A stretch of 64,000 bases of DNA from Paragordius varius (lineage: Eukaryota; Animalia; Nematomorpha): assembly GCA_964247055.1 (NCBI GenBank), contig OZ176051.1, forward strand, positions 4,588,001 to 4,652,000. The letters are read 5' to 3'. Shown here piece by piece: positions 48,604 through 59,471 of the stretch. Within the stretch, counting starts at the first letter, position 1. Each line of letters begins with the position of its first letter. The notes under the pieces were generated by a model. That model was not told the DNA's origin, did no database searches, and saw only the letters and a program-made list of their open reading frames with translations. Both the position numbers and the translations under genes were made by a program.

Positions 48604-50722
48604 TTAAATTTGTATCTCTTTATATGTAAATATTAAATCTTGCCCATTGTCTGAGTGTAAATTAAAGCTATTTGAAGTCATATATTCTATCATTTCATTT
48701 TTAATCCTGTAATCCACCGGTTCAGGTTCATGCCGATATTCGACTGTTAAAACACTCATATGTATATGTTTCCAGGGTATGCTTTTTAAAACTTCTAATT
48801 CTAGCCCATCAATATCCAAGCTAAAATAATCGACGTATTCGATGGGCGGATTCATAGAACTAAGCAAAGTGTATAGAGGGAAACATTGTTTCTGACTATG
48901 GATTACTGTTAACATTAATTGACCACCATCGTTTACGTATTGCTCTTCCCCAAATGACATCTAGTTTTTTTATTATTACTTAAAATATTGTATCTTAAGT
49001 TATTTTAAATAAGCTTTTGTTTTGCGATAGAGTGTTACTTTGGATAAATATTCTGTGGAATATGTGAAAGTTACACAATTTAGGGTGGGCGAGTGTTGAA
49101 GCTTTTGTTTAATGTAAGTCCTATTTTTTACAGAAATTCATCATGCTATATAAAATGTTTTAGCATTAATCCGTCTAAAGTCAAATGCTTTCAACTATAT
49201 GATCCCAAAAGTAAATTAATATACCATTTACGTTTCAAATTCACCCTTAAAAAATTCAAATTCACCCTTGAAAAATTTAAACTGTAAATGATATATAACT
49301 ACTTTGAATCTACATTTAAGTCATATCATATGTTGTTTTTAACATTATAAATTCTCAAATCTTGCAATAAACAATTATAAATGAAACTGTAACCATAAGC
49401 ACGGATCAGATTTTAGATAAACTACCGAATAGGTTACAATTAGTTTAAACAATATACAAGAAAAAGTTACCTGTAATGGATAGTTGCGTGGACTCAAACA
49501 CACGTTGGTGGAAAAAGCATTTCGTTTTTTGCCCTTCAACGTTTGATAATACATACTATGGGGTTCAACTAACAGGCCTGTCCAATTTAAATGTTTTTCA
49601 AAGTACATCGTATTTGATATAGCTTCACCGTTTTGTGCGCCAGCTTCAATAAAAAATCCATTTTTCTAAAAAAGAAAAAGTAGGAATATGTTTTCAAATT
49701 AAGGCGTATTTCATAGTGAATGATTTAAGATACTTACATACGCCATCGCATTCATTAATATTTTAAAAATTAGTTGTACCGAAATTTTGATTTATATATT
49801 AATTACCTAGCATATTTACGATATTATTTAATAAATCCTCCTAAAGAAAAATAATCTTTGCCATAAAATATAAAAAAAAATCATCCATCGGTTTTATGCT
49901 ACTTACTTTAGACAATATAATTTTCAGTTATATAACCAATGACTAGAAAAATAAAAAATAAAAAAAACATTAATATTTTTTTAAAAAATATCCTTTTACA
50001 AATAATGACCTATATCCAATGTTTTATATGTGATTCCATACTTTTTTCCTCAAAATTTTTTCCACAATAACATCTTGTTGCACTTGACTGTAGTATTTAA
50101 GGGCGTGGTCACTATCAAACGCATAACGGTCATCTCTTTGGTCGTAGGGTATATATTCGTCCGGGGCTTCAATTATATTATTCCCACGGATATAAGCAAT
50201 TAGTTGGGGAGATTTCATATCAACCACACCCCATTCAAGTGCTTGAGAACGTTTAATCCAACATTTATTATTATAGTGAGTATTGTGATTAATTTGCGAT
50301 TTTGCATTAGTTTTATCATCATCTTTCAGTGCTTGATAATGTACGACTTTAAGATTATTTTGTTGCCCTTTCTCTGCCTGGTCATCGATCAAATTATAGG
50401 AAATATAGGAGGGTGCACTTGATTTTCTGTTCACACAAATATTTTCATCATTTTGACTTTATTAAAAGTTTAAAAGGTATATTTAATATGAAAAAACTCA
50501 CATATCACTTTGAAGTTGAGGGATTGGCAAAGTCGCACTTGATTCGAAATAGTATGTTGTAGAATTGTTTTTCCGCCAGGGACTTTTTGCCGTAAAAAGA
50601 ACGGAACTAATGACATTATGATTATGGTTAAAATAATAATCCACAAAATAAAATGTAATGATTAAGCTAAATAAAATGATTGAAAGTGTTACGTTGCGAC
50701 CGAAAATGTTAAAATTATGCAT
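48604..50722 (-). CDS. FkbM-family (Methyltransf_21, Star-like) methyltransferase with N-terminal membrane anchor; 4 exons
   Basis: Exons about 50722-50502, 50456-50041, 49665-49451 and 48960-48604. Motifs YYSQVQQDVIV, NGFFIEAGAQNGEAISNTMYFE..WTGLLVEP, QCFPLYTLL and VDYFSLDIDGLELEVLKSIPW. N-terminal TM VTLSIILFSLIITFYFV. Intron 1 is about 45 nt. Confidence 0.88.
49222..49293. mobile_element. 72-bp internally deleted family B MITE
   Basis: TA|TACCATTTACGTTTCAAATTCACCC, two repeat units, then ACTGTAAATGATA|TA. Confidence 0.7.
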
Positions 50723-51611
50723 AATAATTCTATCATCTTTTTGTCATGTGACCTCATTACATAATTGAACATTGAAATTTAATTTTGTACCTGAATTTTT
50801 TTGTATTTTTCAGTATGAAAGGCATCTGACTCATTGTTTTTATCTTAAAAAATATAATTTTGTGACTATTTAAAAAATAATGAAAGATAGAATTTTTATA
50901 CACATTTATAAAACTTTTTCTTTTATTTCTGAACGTTTTTAAAAAAATTTAATGGATTACCGAACTGTACTTCTAATAAATTAATAATTTGTTTAAAATT
51001 TATAAAAAATATATATGATTGCTAGCAATGAAATTTTTTAACTAACCGGTGTATTGGTTTACCTAAATTTTATAATAAAATTTCATCCACTAATTTACCA
51101 TTAATAACGAAATCTGTCAGTTTCAATAAGCTATTTTAGCAGATATTGGTGGTAAAGTAACGATTTTTTATTAGAATTATTCTAGTTGATTATCACTATG
51201 AAATTATTTCAAAGTGAATTACACAATTTTACGCATTTGAATTCCATACTGTTAAAATTCTTGGATAAAATGGATAAATTTCAAATTTTTAATGAAAATA
51301 TGGATGTTGAACCCCATATATAGGAAATATATTATTACCAACTATGTGGATTCAGACATTTTTTGATAGAAAATATATAACATTTATAGTAAGTTGGAAC
51401 ATTTAACTACTATAGTTTAAAGCATTGCATTCAAAGGATAATTGGAATAAATAAAAAAATCATAATCACGAGAATGTTGAAAATGTCTAACTCTAAATGT
51501 TTATAAAAGACTAAATGCCACACCTAAATAAAAATTTAATTTAAATATATATAATAATGTTTGGAACAAAAAAAGATAATGTGTGTAAGGAACAATGATT
51601 ATTAAAAAAAT

Positions 51612-51617
51612 AAAAAA
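51612..51617 (-). terminator. RNA polymerase III T-run terminator of the tRNA
   Basis: Six T on the minus strand immediately 3' of the discriminator base. Confidence 0.7.
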
Positions 51618-51699
51618 CGCAGTTGACAGGATTCGAACCTGTGCGGGAAAATCCCAACTGATTTCGAGTCAGTCGCCTTAACCACTCGGCCACAACTGC
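51618..51699 (-). tRNA. tRNA-Ser (anticodon CGA)
   Basis: GCAGTTGTGGCCGAGTGGTTAAGGCGACTGACTCGAAATCAGTTGGGATTTTCCCGCACAGGTTCGAATCCTGTCAACTGCG: 82 nt, intact acceptor stem, long variable arm, GGTTCGAATCC T-arm, discriminator G. Confidence 0.97.
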
Positions 51700-51774
51700 T
51701 GAACGTCAAAGCCTTGATACGATTGTTTATAAACAAAAGTAGTATTGCGTCCTTTTTCAGGGTGCGGTAAAACC

Positions 51775-53665
51775 CGCGTAAAACAGCGTCATTATATCAA
51801 TACAGTTTACCTTTGGAGCTAAATTTCACCTATGATAATAGGAACTATGGAATCCATGATAACTCCAGATATTCCCCATATAAAGGCAAAAATTTTGCCC
51901 AACGCTTTTTTATACGCGCCCCTGGGTAGAAGCTACCCGCCAAAAACTGCTCGACTATTGAATTGCGTTGTTTTGGGGCTAATTTACAATTATGAAGCCA
52001 TATGAGCTCAATTAAAGGCTTGAAATATAACCCGTAACTAGGTAAAAAGGTCAGACGTTTTTTTATTAGCCGTTAATTTCGATTATTTAGTGTTGAAGTA
52101 TTTTTTCGAATAACCCATGAGTCGATGGTAAAGATGATTCCAAATATTTCCCATATAAAGGCAAAGAATTTAACTCAGCGCTTTGTCCGTATAGGTCTAT
52201 GATGGGCATGGGTTTGCCGGTTTAAAACTGAGACGCCATACAAAAATGGCGTGGTTTTGGAACTAATTTTCAAAAAACTTAAGAAGCCATGCGAGTTCAA
52301 TTAATCACATTTCTGGGGAATATAATATCATTCTTTCCTTTAATAAGGGACCACAAATGATCTACTTTTTATATACCTTGATCCCAGCTGTGTAAACCAA
52401 TTTCAAAATAAAACTTTTAACCATGATTTCATAAAACGAAAATCTTTAAATAAATCCAGTGATAGTTGAATATTAACTTTAATAGGGATTTTCTTTTAAA
52501 TTTATTTTTCGCTTAAGGTATGAGACTGTAAAAATTAATCAGGATTCCAGGTATTTCCTGTTAAAAGGCAAAATTTTAGTCGTGCGTTTCTTTTATATGG
52601 GCTGATGGTTAAACAGATACCCGCTAAAAGCTGTCCCGTCATATTAAAATAGCGTGCCTTTAGGGCTATATTTCAGAAAACCTATCAGGCTATATGAGTT
52701 CAATGCTTAAAATATTACCTGTAACAAGGTAAAAATTTAGGTCGTACGGTTTTTTGATATTAGCCGTTAATTGGGCCCTGTACGCCCGAAAAATGCGCCA
52801 CCATAGAGTGATTTTTTAGTTTGGAGGCAATTTTTCGAAAATCTTACGAGAGTATATAAAATAAATCATGATTCCAGGTATTACCCGAATTAAGGCAAAA
52901 ATTTTAATTGAGCGTTTTTTTGTTTCGCCTCTGGTCAGGAGGCTACCGGCGTAAAACTGCGTCACCATATCGATACAGTATACCTTTGGAGCGGTTATTC
53001 AGAAAACCTATGAATCTAATAGGAACAAATGGAATCCATGATAATTAGAAATATTCCTCATATAAAGGCTTTGCCCAACGCTTATTTATACCTGCCCCCG
53101 CCACTATATAGAGATTGCGTTGTTTTGGGGTTAATTTACAGAAAATTTATGAAGCTATATCAGCTCATTTAAAGCTAAAAATATTACCCCTAACTAGGTA
53201 AAAAGGGTCAGGCGTTTTTTTATTAGCCGTTAATTTTGGTCCTTTATACCCTAAAAATACGCCATCATATAACGATTATTCAGTGTTGATGTATTTTTTC
53301 GAATAACCTATGAGACGATGGTAAGATGATTCAAAATATTTTCCCTATAAGCAAAGAATTTAACTTAGCGCTTTTTCCATATAGGTCTATGATTATGGGT
53401 CTGCCTGTTTAAAACTGAGACGACATACAAAAATGGCGTGGTTTTGGAGAATTCTCAAAAAACTTATGAAGCCAGACGAGTTCTTAATCACATTTCTGGG
53501 GAATAAAATATCATTCTTTTCTTTAAAAAGGGACCACAAATGATTTACTTTTTATAATCCTTGATCCCAGCTGTGTGAACCCAATTTCAAAATAAAACTT
53601 TTAAACATGATTTCATAAAACGAAAATTAAAATAAATCCAATGATAGTTGAATATTAACTTTAAT
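51775..53665 (+). repeat. Tandem array (~1.2-kb period) of Helitron-internal sequence
   Basis: About 51780-52485 repeats at about 52960-53665. The units match the reverse complement of ~31950-33050 and direct sequence at ~47580-47690. Confidence 0.75.
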
Positions 53666-54429
53666 CATAAGGAATTCATTAAATTTTAAACATAAAACTG
53701 TAATATGCAAACAAAATATATAGCAATTTTAGTTCTTGCCAATTGGATAGACTTATAAGAAAAATTTATATGGCAATATTTATTTTATTTAGATTTTGTG
53801 AGATATTTTTATAATTAATGGATTTCCTAATTTTTCGCGGGCCTCACACACAGTCTCGAAAAGCCGCATGCGGTCCGCTTGATTTAAATTATAGCATTTA
53901 TCTTTTTATATTATAACTTTAATATTAATAATCACTTACAAAGGATGATCTACTGCTTAAATCGGAAATTGTCCTATGAAAATCGCTTATTTAAGTTAAT
54001 GAGAAGAAAATTAATTAATATTAAATCACATACTGCTACTTTTTTTTCAAAAAAATCCAAATAAATATAAAAATATGATATTTCAAGTTACACTTGTTAT
54101 CTAATATATTTGAACATGCAAGCCGACATATTAAAAAAAATATGTTAAAAATACATCCCTAATTTATATGAAAGATACCCATAAGGACAGCGGATGTAGA
54201 TTAACAGGTTTTAATGCTAAACATATTATTAAAAATTGTTGATCAATAGTATATGTACACTTATGTGATTGTTGATAGGTGTTAATACACATTTTATTTA
54301 AATAGATGTTACAAGAAGCATTTTAGTTTACAATTTATATGACCCGCAAAAATTTTTGTTTTACAGATTTATAGTATACCACATATGTGTCATACAGCTT
54401 TGCATTATTTATCGGTATTATATGATGAA

Positions 54430-54487
54430 CGGCCCTTGAGACCAAAATTTTATTCGGCTCGTCAAAATATTCTGGTGAGTACTACTG
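54430..54487 (-). mobile_element. Isolated hAT (Charlie-type) terminus
   Basis: Minus strand CAGTAGTACTCACC...AATAAAATTTT...AAGGGCC resembles the 28241 end. The flank GTCTAGAT fits the NTCTAGAN Charlie target preference. Confidence 0.55.
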
Positions 54488-54762
54488 GTCTAGATCAAAG
54501 CACCTTTGTTGTAAAAAAAAACGAAGAATTGATTATTAAATATTTCTGCGAACATTTTCTATCTCTGATAGATAATGCAAGGATAACGCAACTTTCGCTG
54601 AAACAAGTTTTTTGCAGAAAACAATATAAAGTTTTACCATTTAATTATCGAAGCAATGATAGTAATGTAGATCATCATTATAACATAAGTCCGCAGTCTA
54701 CTGGAATTTCACTTTTAAATGACATCCAGTGAGAACACGTATTTTACCAAGTGTGGTATAAC

Positions 54763-56031
54763 TAGGGTTGTGCTGACCGGGTCATGACCAGGTCAGTGAC
54801 TATTTATTTTTTGACCATGAACATTTTAAAAAACAGCTGTTTTTTGAATTGCTGGTAAATTTTTTTGGAAGAGAAATAGTAAGATTTTATTGTTTTTCAT
54901 TATATTTTAAAAATATTTAAATATTTAAATTTGCTTATTTAACAATATAAAATTGTTAAACATGCATCCTAAAAACCTTAGCATTTAAGCATACCCAGTT
55001 ATTTCGAAAAACAAAACAATCAAGCATTTTGCAAAATATGCAATTATTCCATATATAGGAACTAATAAAATGAAAAAAACATTTTATAATTGGATATTTC
55101 AACGATGAAAGAAAGTGTAAAATAAACTAGGTAAATATTTGAAATATCCAATATTAACACTTGGATACAACACATTCATTTTAGTCATTCGATTTAAATT
55201 GGGGTAGTTGAATACCCCAGGTTTATTTAAAATTAAATTCTTTAAAAAATATGGAACAAATCGAGACCATGGCAAAATTTTGCACTTATATAACATTAAA
55301 AAACCGAAATTATAAAAAATTTTATTCAAAAATACTTGATATCACTTATTTTAAGCTAATACCGAAAAGTAAAAATATAGTCAATGACATGTGTGCAATG
55401 GTAAAATTGAAAAATAATACAAAATAAACCACTTTTTAGATTTCTATCAATGTTAGATGTAATTTAAATAAAATATTAAATTTAATTTTACCCTTAAAAT
55501 TAAATAAAGACGATATTTTGCAAATATTTTGTAAAATAAAAATGGCGTCGAAGTTGTTTGACATGAAACTTTTTTTCAGAACAAAATCTTATTTAGATAT
55601 TTTGGCATTTATATAATTCATATTAGGATAGAAGCATAATTTTAAATTAGGACAGTTTCCTTCAGTATTTTTTAAAAAAATTTAATTTAAATTTAGTCTT
55701 AGGTATTTAGATACCCCAATTTGAATCGAAGTGTTAAAAGCTAAGTATTTTAAGGTTCAGAAGGCCACAAACATGTGGCAAAATTTATACAAAATTCTTG
55801 ATTAAATTTGATTGAAAATATTTGTAAATAAAAAATATCAATGTATAATACAAACTTTTAAGAAAAAACATGACATTAATAGTGAAACGCAAGTGTCGTT
55901 CAAACATTATTTTAAAAATCCAATAGCATGGTATGTAATTAGGTAAAAAGTGGTCATGACCACGGTTATGACCATGGTCTGACAAGGTCTGACCGGACTT
56001 TTTTGAAAAAGCAGTCAAATGCACAACTCTG
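54763..56031. mobile_element. Non-autonomous hAT element, 1269 bp
   Basis: TIRs TAGGGTTGTGC / CAGAGTTGTGC, perfect 8-bp TSD GGTATAAC, subterminal GGTCATGACC-type palindromic repeats. Confidence 0.85.
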
Positions 56032-56372
56032 GGTATAACACAAACTGTACTTAGATAAACGTTCGCCATAATATTTTGCTTTATAAAGAAATGCGTCTGA
56101 TCATCAATATACTCATGCGCTGAGCTAAGCTTCCCGAAAAAATTGCTTTTAAAAATTATTTCTTGGTCATAGTTTTGCGGGAAACTTAAGGGTATGCGGT
56201 AAAAACAGGGGAAATGTAGAAGTAGCATGTATCAATAATCGATATTAATTTTTGAATTAAAATAGGCCCACATGTTTCCGAAAGGCTAGCCAACATTAAA
56301 GTTTTGGCATTTCGTTATGAAAGAGTTTTTCATCACAGAGGATTTTAAATAATGGAAAAAGTATCCATGATA

Positions 56373-56650
56373 TTGTTGTTGTTTGCTAAGGTCGATTCCG
56401 ACGAACTGCAACATTGAAAATAAAGCTTCTCCATTCACTGCGATCGGTTTTGGTGTTTAGTTCGGATAATGATTGGTTGGTTTCTTTGAGGATGTTATCC
56501 ATCCAACGAGTTCGTCTTCTCCCTCTTTTTCGGGCACCACTCACTTTCCCCAGCATCAGTGATTTTTCAAGTGAGTTGGATCTCATAATGGCCCGAAGAA
56601 GGAGACTTTTTGCCGTGTTGAGCTGCCTAGAAGTGACATTTCTGGGTTAA
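56373..56650 (-). mobile_element. 3' end of an RTE/BovB-like LINE
   Basis: SLEKSLMLGKVSGARKRGRRRTRWMDNI...DRSEWR matches the BovB C-terminus (LEKTLMLGKIEG.RRRGRQR.RW.D); (CAA)n tail follows the stop. Confidence 0.88.
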
Positions 56651-57489
56651 TTTTATTTAGAATGGTGGTGTTTGAAACTTTGTCTGTCCATCATGATATG
56701 GGCATTATCAAAATGATATTTTATAAAAAAATTGTTAATAAATCCCTACTTATAATAGTTAACCGCTAAAACTTGTTCTAGGGTGCTACTGTAAAAATTC
56801 ATAATTATAAAAATATTTCACTATAAATTTTTTTCACATTTAACAACAAATTTTCATAAAATATTCATTATAAAAACACTGTAACCAAATGCCCCTAATG
56901 TATATCCTTACAAAAGTGCTGAATATTAACACATCCTTACTCTAATATATTTTTAAATGATTAAATTTTGAGTTAGCCGTATACCCCAGGGCTTAAACTT
57001 GTATATAAACTAGTGTTTTGTTTATTTTGGTTAAAATTTGATGAAAAAAGCTTATATTTGCAGTTTTCTATCTCCTAGAGTCCGAAATCGGGATAAAGTT
57101 TTTGAATGAATCTTTTTTATATTTCAGTTCATCAATGTTATATAAGTTTAAAATTTTGCCAAAATTTTATTGTAAATTTTGTGAAATATTTGATTTTATA
57201 CTGGCCTGGGGTCACTAATTACCCCAATTTAAATAAGAACCGAAGTTAATGTGTTGTATCTAAGTGTTAAAATAAATGGTGGCGAAAAGATTCGAGATGA
57301 GGAGTTTTTACGATTTTGCCCTTTTTTAAAAAATTTTAAAACACTCCTAAAAGGTCAAAGAATGCATTTTCAACTTTGGCCTTACCCTTACTTTGAGTTA
57401 AAATTCAAAATAGCTCTGGTGTATAAATTACTCTTACATGAAGCGTTAATTTAACCATTTTTATCCCGATATTTAGTAATACAATTTAA

Positions 57490-57677
57490 TCAAGTAGTAA
57501 TCCAAAATCAAAGGGCCACAAAAAATATTTATCTTGTCTGAAGGGCCGTGTACCATATAATACTGTTTGGCACATTTGCAGAACAATCAAAATAAATAAA
57601 AATTTAACAAATAATTGAGCGTAAAAAGCAATTATAGGGTGGCATGCGGCCCGTGGGCCGCGGTTAGTATACCACTG
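57490..57677. mobile_element. Short hAT-type MITE remnant
   Basis: Right end GCATGCGGCCCGTGGGCCGCGGTTAGTATACCACTG; left end degenerate. Confidence 0.5.
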
Positions 57678-58636
57678 ATTTAACAAATGGCTATATATAT
57701 TTTTTTTACTAGAAATGAAAAAAATATTTGGCGCTAAAAGTTTAATCTAAAGCAAATCTAATTTAAGGTAGCAAAAATTTGTTTATAGTTTCAGTTGGTA
57801 AACAAATAAAAAATTTTTAGATTTATGGAAATGCGCCGCGACCCAAAGCAAGTAAACAAGTAAAGGGTGTAGCGTCGGAAGATCGTCGGCCACCTGCCGT
57901 CAAGGCAATCCCTACCCACCCGTAATGCATTGAGCTTCAGAGCGGGGAAACACATCGGAGGTTGGGGTTGACGTTAGTATCTACATACATAAATAAAAGC
58001 CTTCATGTTAGATGTGTTAATGGGAGTTAGTATAGTTAATAAGCTATATATATATATACATATATTTTTAAAAGAAATGTTAATATCGCCTTGTTAGGTA
58101 AATAAAAGCAATATTTGAGTTTAAATAACCGTACAAACAGGGTTTGATTACTCCATAAAGTAATGTCAAAGGTCTATATTGGATCAAATGTAGAGTTAAT
58201 TAAGCTCTTATCTTTGGTGTGGAAGGGGGTCTTCTTTTGCTTCTAAATGAGTGTGGCCTTTAAGGTAGACCAATTTTGGAGATCTTAGACATTACAAGCG
58301 TCAACGTTACCCCTTCGTGCGACCATGTTTCAGTTGTACCTTCAACTGGGACGCTAACCCGGGATAAGTGGTCGTTGAGCTTGCTCTGAGGTAAGTCTCA
58401 ACTCCGACCAACAAAATGTCGGAGATTGGTAACCAGCCCTGCTCAAATATCAGCGGCTCCAACATTGCTTCCCAGGACGTCGTCCCACAATAATTGGCTA
58501 ATAGTCTCCTCAGAGTCGCGTCTTGCATGCTTTATACATTCAGTGGTACATTTTGTTCGTGGGATATCTCTGTGAAGCAGTCTATATTCTTAACTAACTG
58601 TAAGGTGTTTACCATTAGCAGATTTTGTTTTAAATA

Positions 58637-58972
58637 TTACATCAATACTAGCTGACTTTAACAGAGCGTTGTAAAATAAAAATTTATACCTTAATTACAT
58701 AAATACTAACTGACATTAACAGAGCGTTGTAAAATAAAAATTTATACCTTAATTACATCAATACTGACATTAACAAAGCGTTGTAAAATAAAAATGTATA
58801 CCTTAATTACATGAATACTAACTGACATTAACAGAGCGTTGTGAAATAAAATTTATACCTTAATTACATCAATACTGACATTAACAAAGCGTTTTAAAAT
58901 AAAAATTTATACCTTAATTACATCATAATTAACTGACATTAACAGAGCGTTGTAAAATAAATTTCATACCTT
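58637..58972. repeat. Minisatellite, six units of ~54-58 bp with an alternating dimer
   Basis: Core CTGACATTAACA(G/A)AGCGTTGTAAAATAAAAATTTATACCTTAATTACAT; units 2-6 alternate long/AGAG and short/AAAG variants. Confidence 0.92.
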
Positions 58973-59471
58973 ATCCAGCAGTGGGAATTAACCTTAAAAT
59001 AATACCGACTTCGCAATAGTATCATTCAATCTGGAGCAAAGTATCCGGTTCAAATAAAAGTTGAATATTGGTAATCAGCCCTCAAATATAAGCGGTTCCG
59101 ATGTCATCGTCATATAGCAAGGAAGTTTTGCGTTGGTTTTCAACGGGATAAGATTAGTAACTCTGGTGCGTTTCCTCTTGCCAAGAGCTTAAAAGTGATC
59201 GAGGTTTTCGGGGTATAATCGTAATCGCGTTCATCAGCGCAGCTTCAAGAGCTCAGTTGGCCACAATTATTGAAGTTTTTTCGGTAAGTTTTAAAGATCG
59301 GGGTCATTAAGGATTTACGGTCATTGTTCGATTCTAGCCTGGAGAGGATGTTGCGTCAGCCGGTGCCATACATCAAAAAGTCGCGACCCAAAGCAAAAGC
59401 TGTAAAGCCGAACATTAATAACATATGAATAATTTATATGGGTTGTATCAATAAGGATAGATACTGGAAAT

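Noticed and set aside
49732-49737. Strong GTAAGT donor inside an FkbM intron
   Set aside because: The canonical protein is complete without it and there is no convincing coding exon upstream; it is possibly a cryptic or UTR site.
54385-54732. 115-aa ORF
   Set aside because: No recognisable motif, and it overlaps a hAT terminus at 54487.
58637-58972. CRISPR-like appearance of this array and of the 21-bp arrays
   Set aside because: The units are contiguous with no unique spacers, there are no cas genes, and the DNA is eukaryotic.
59205-59245. Hammerhead-ribozyme-like CTGATGA...GAAA on the minus strand
   Set aside because: The intervening sequence cannot form stem II (A/C at the closing pair) and flanking helices are absent.
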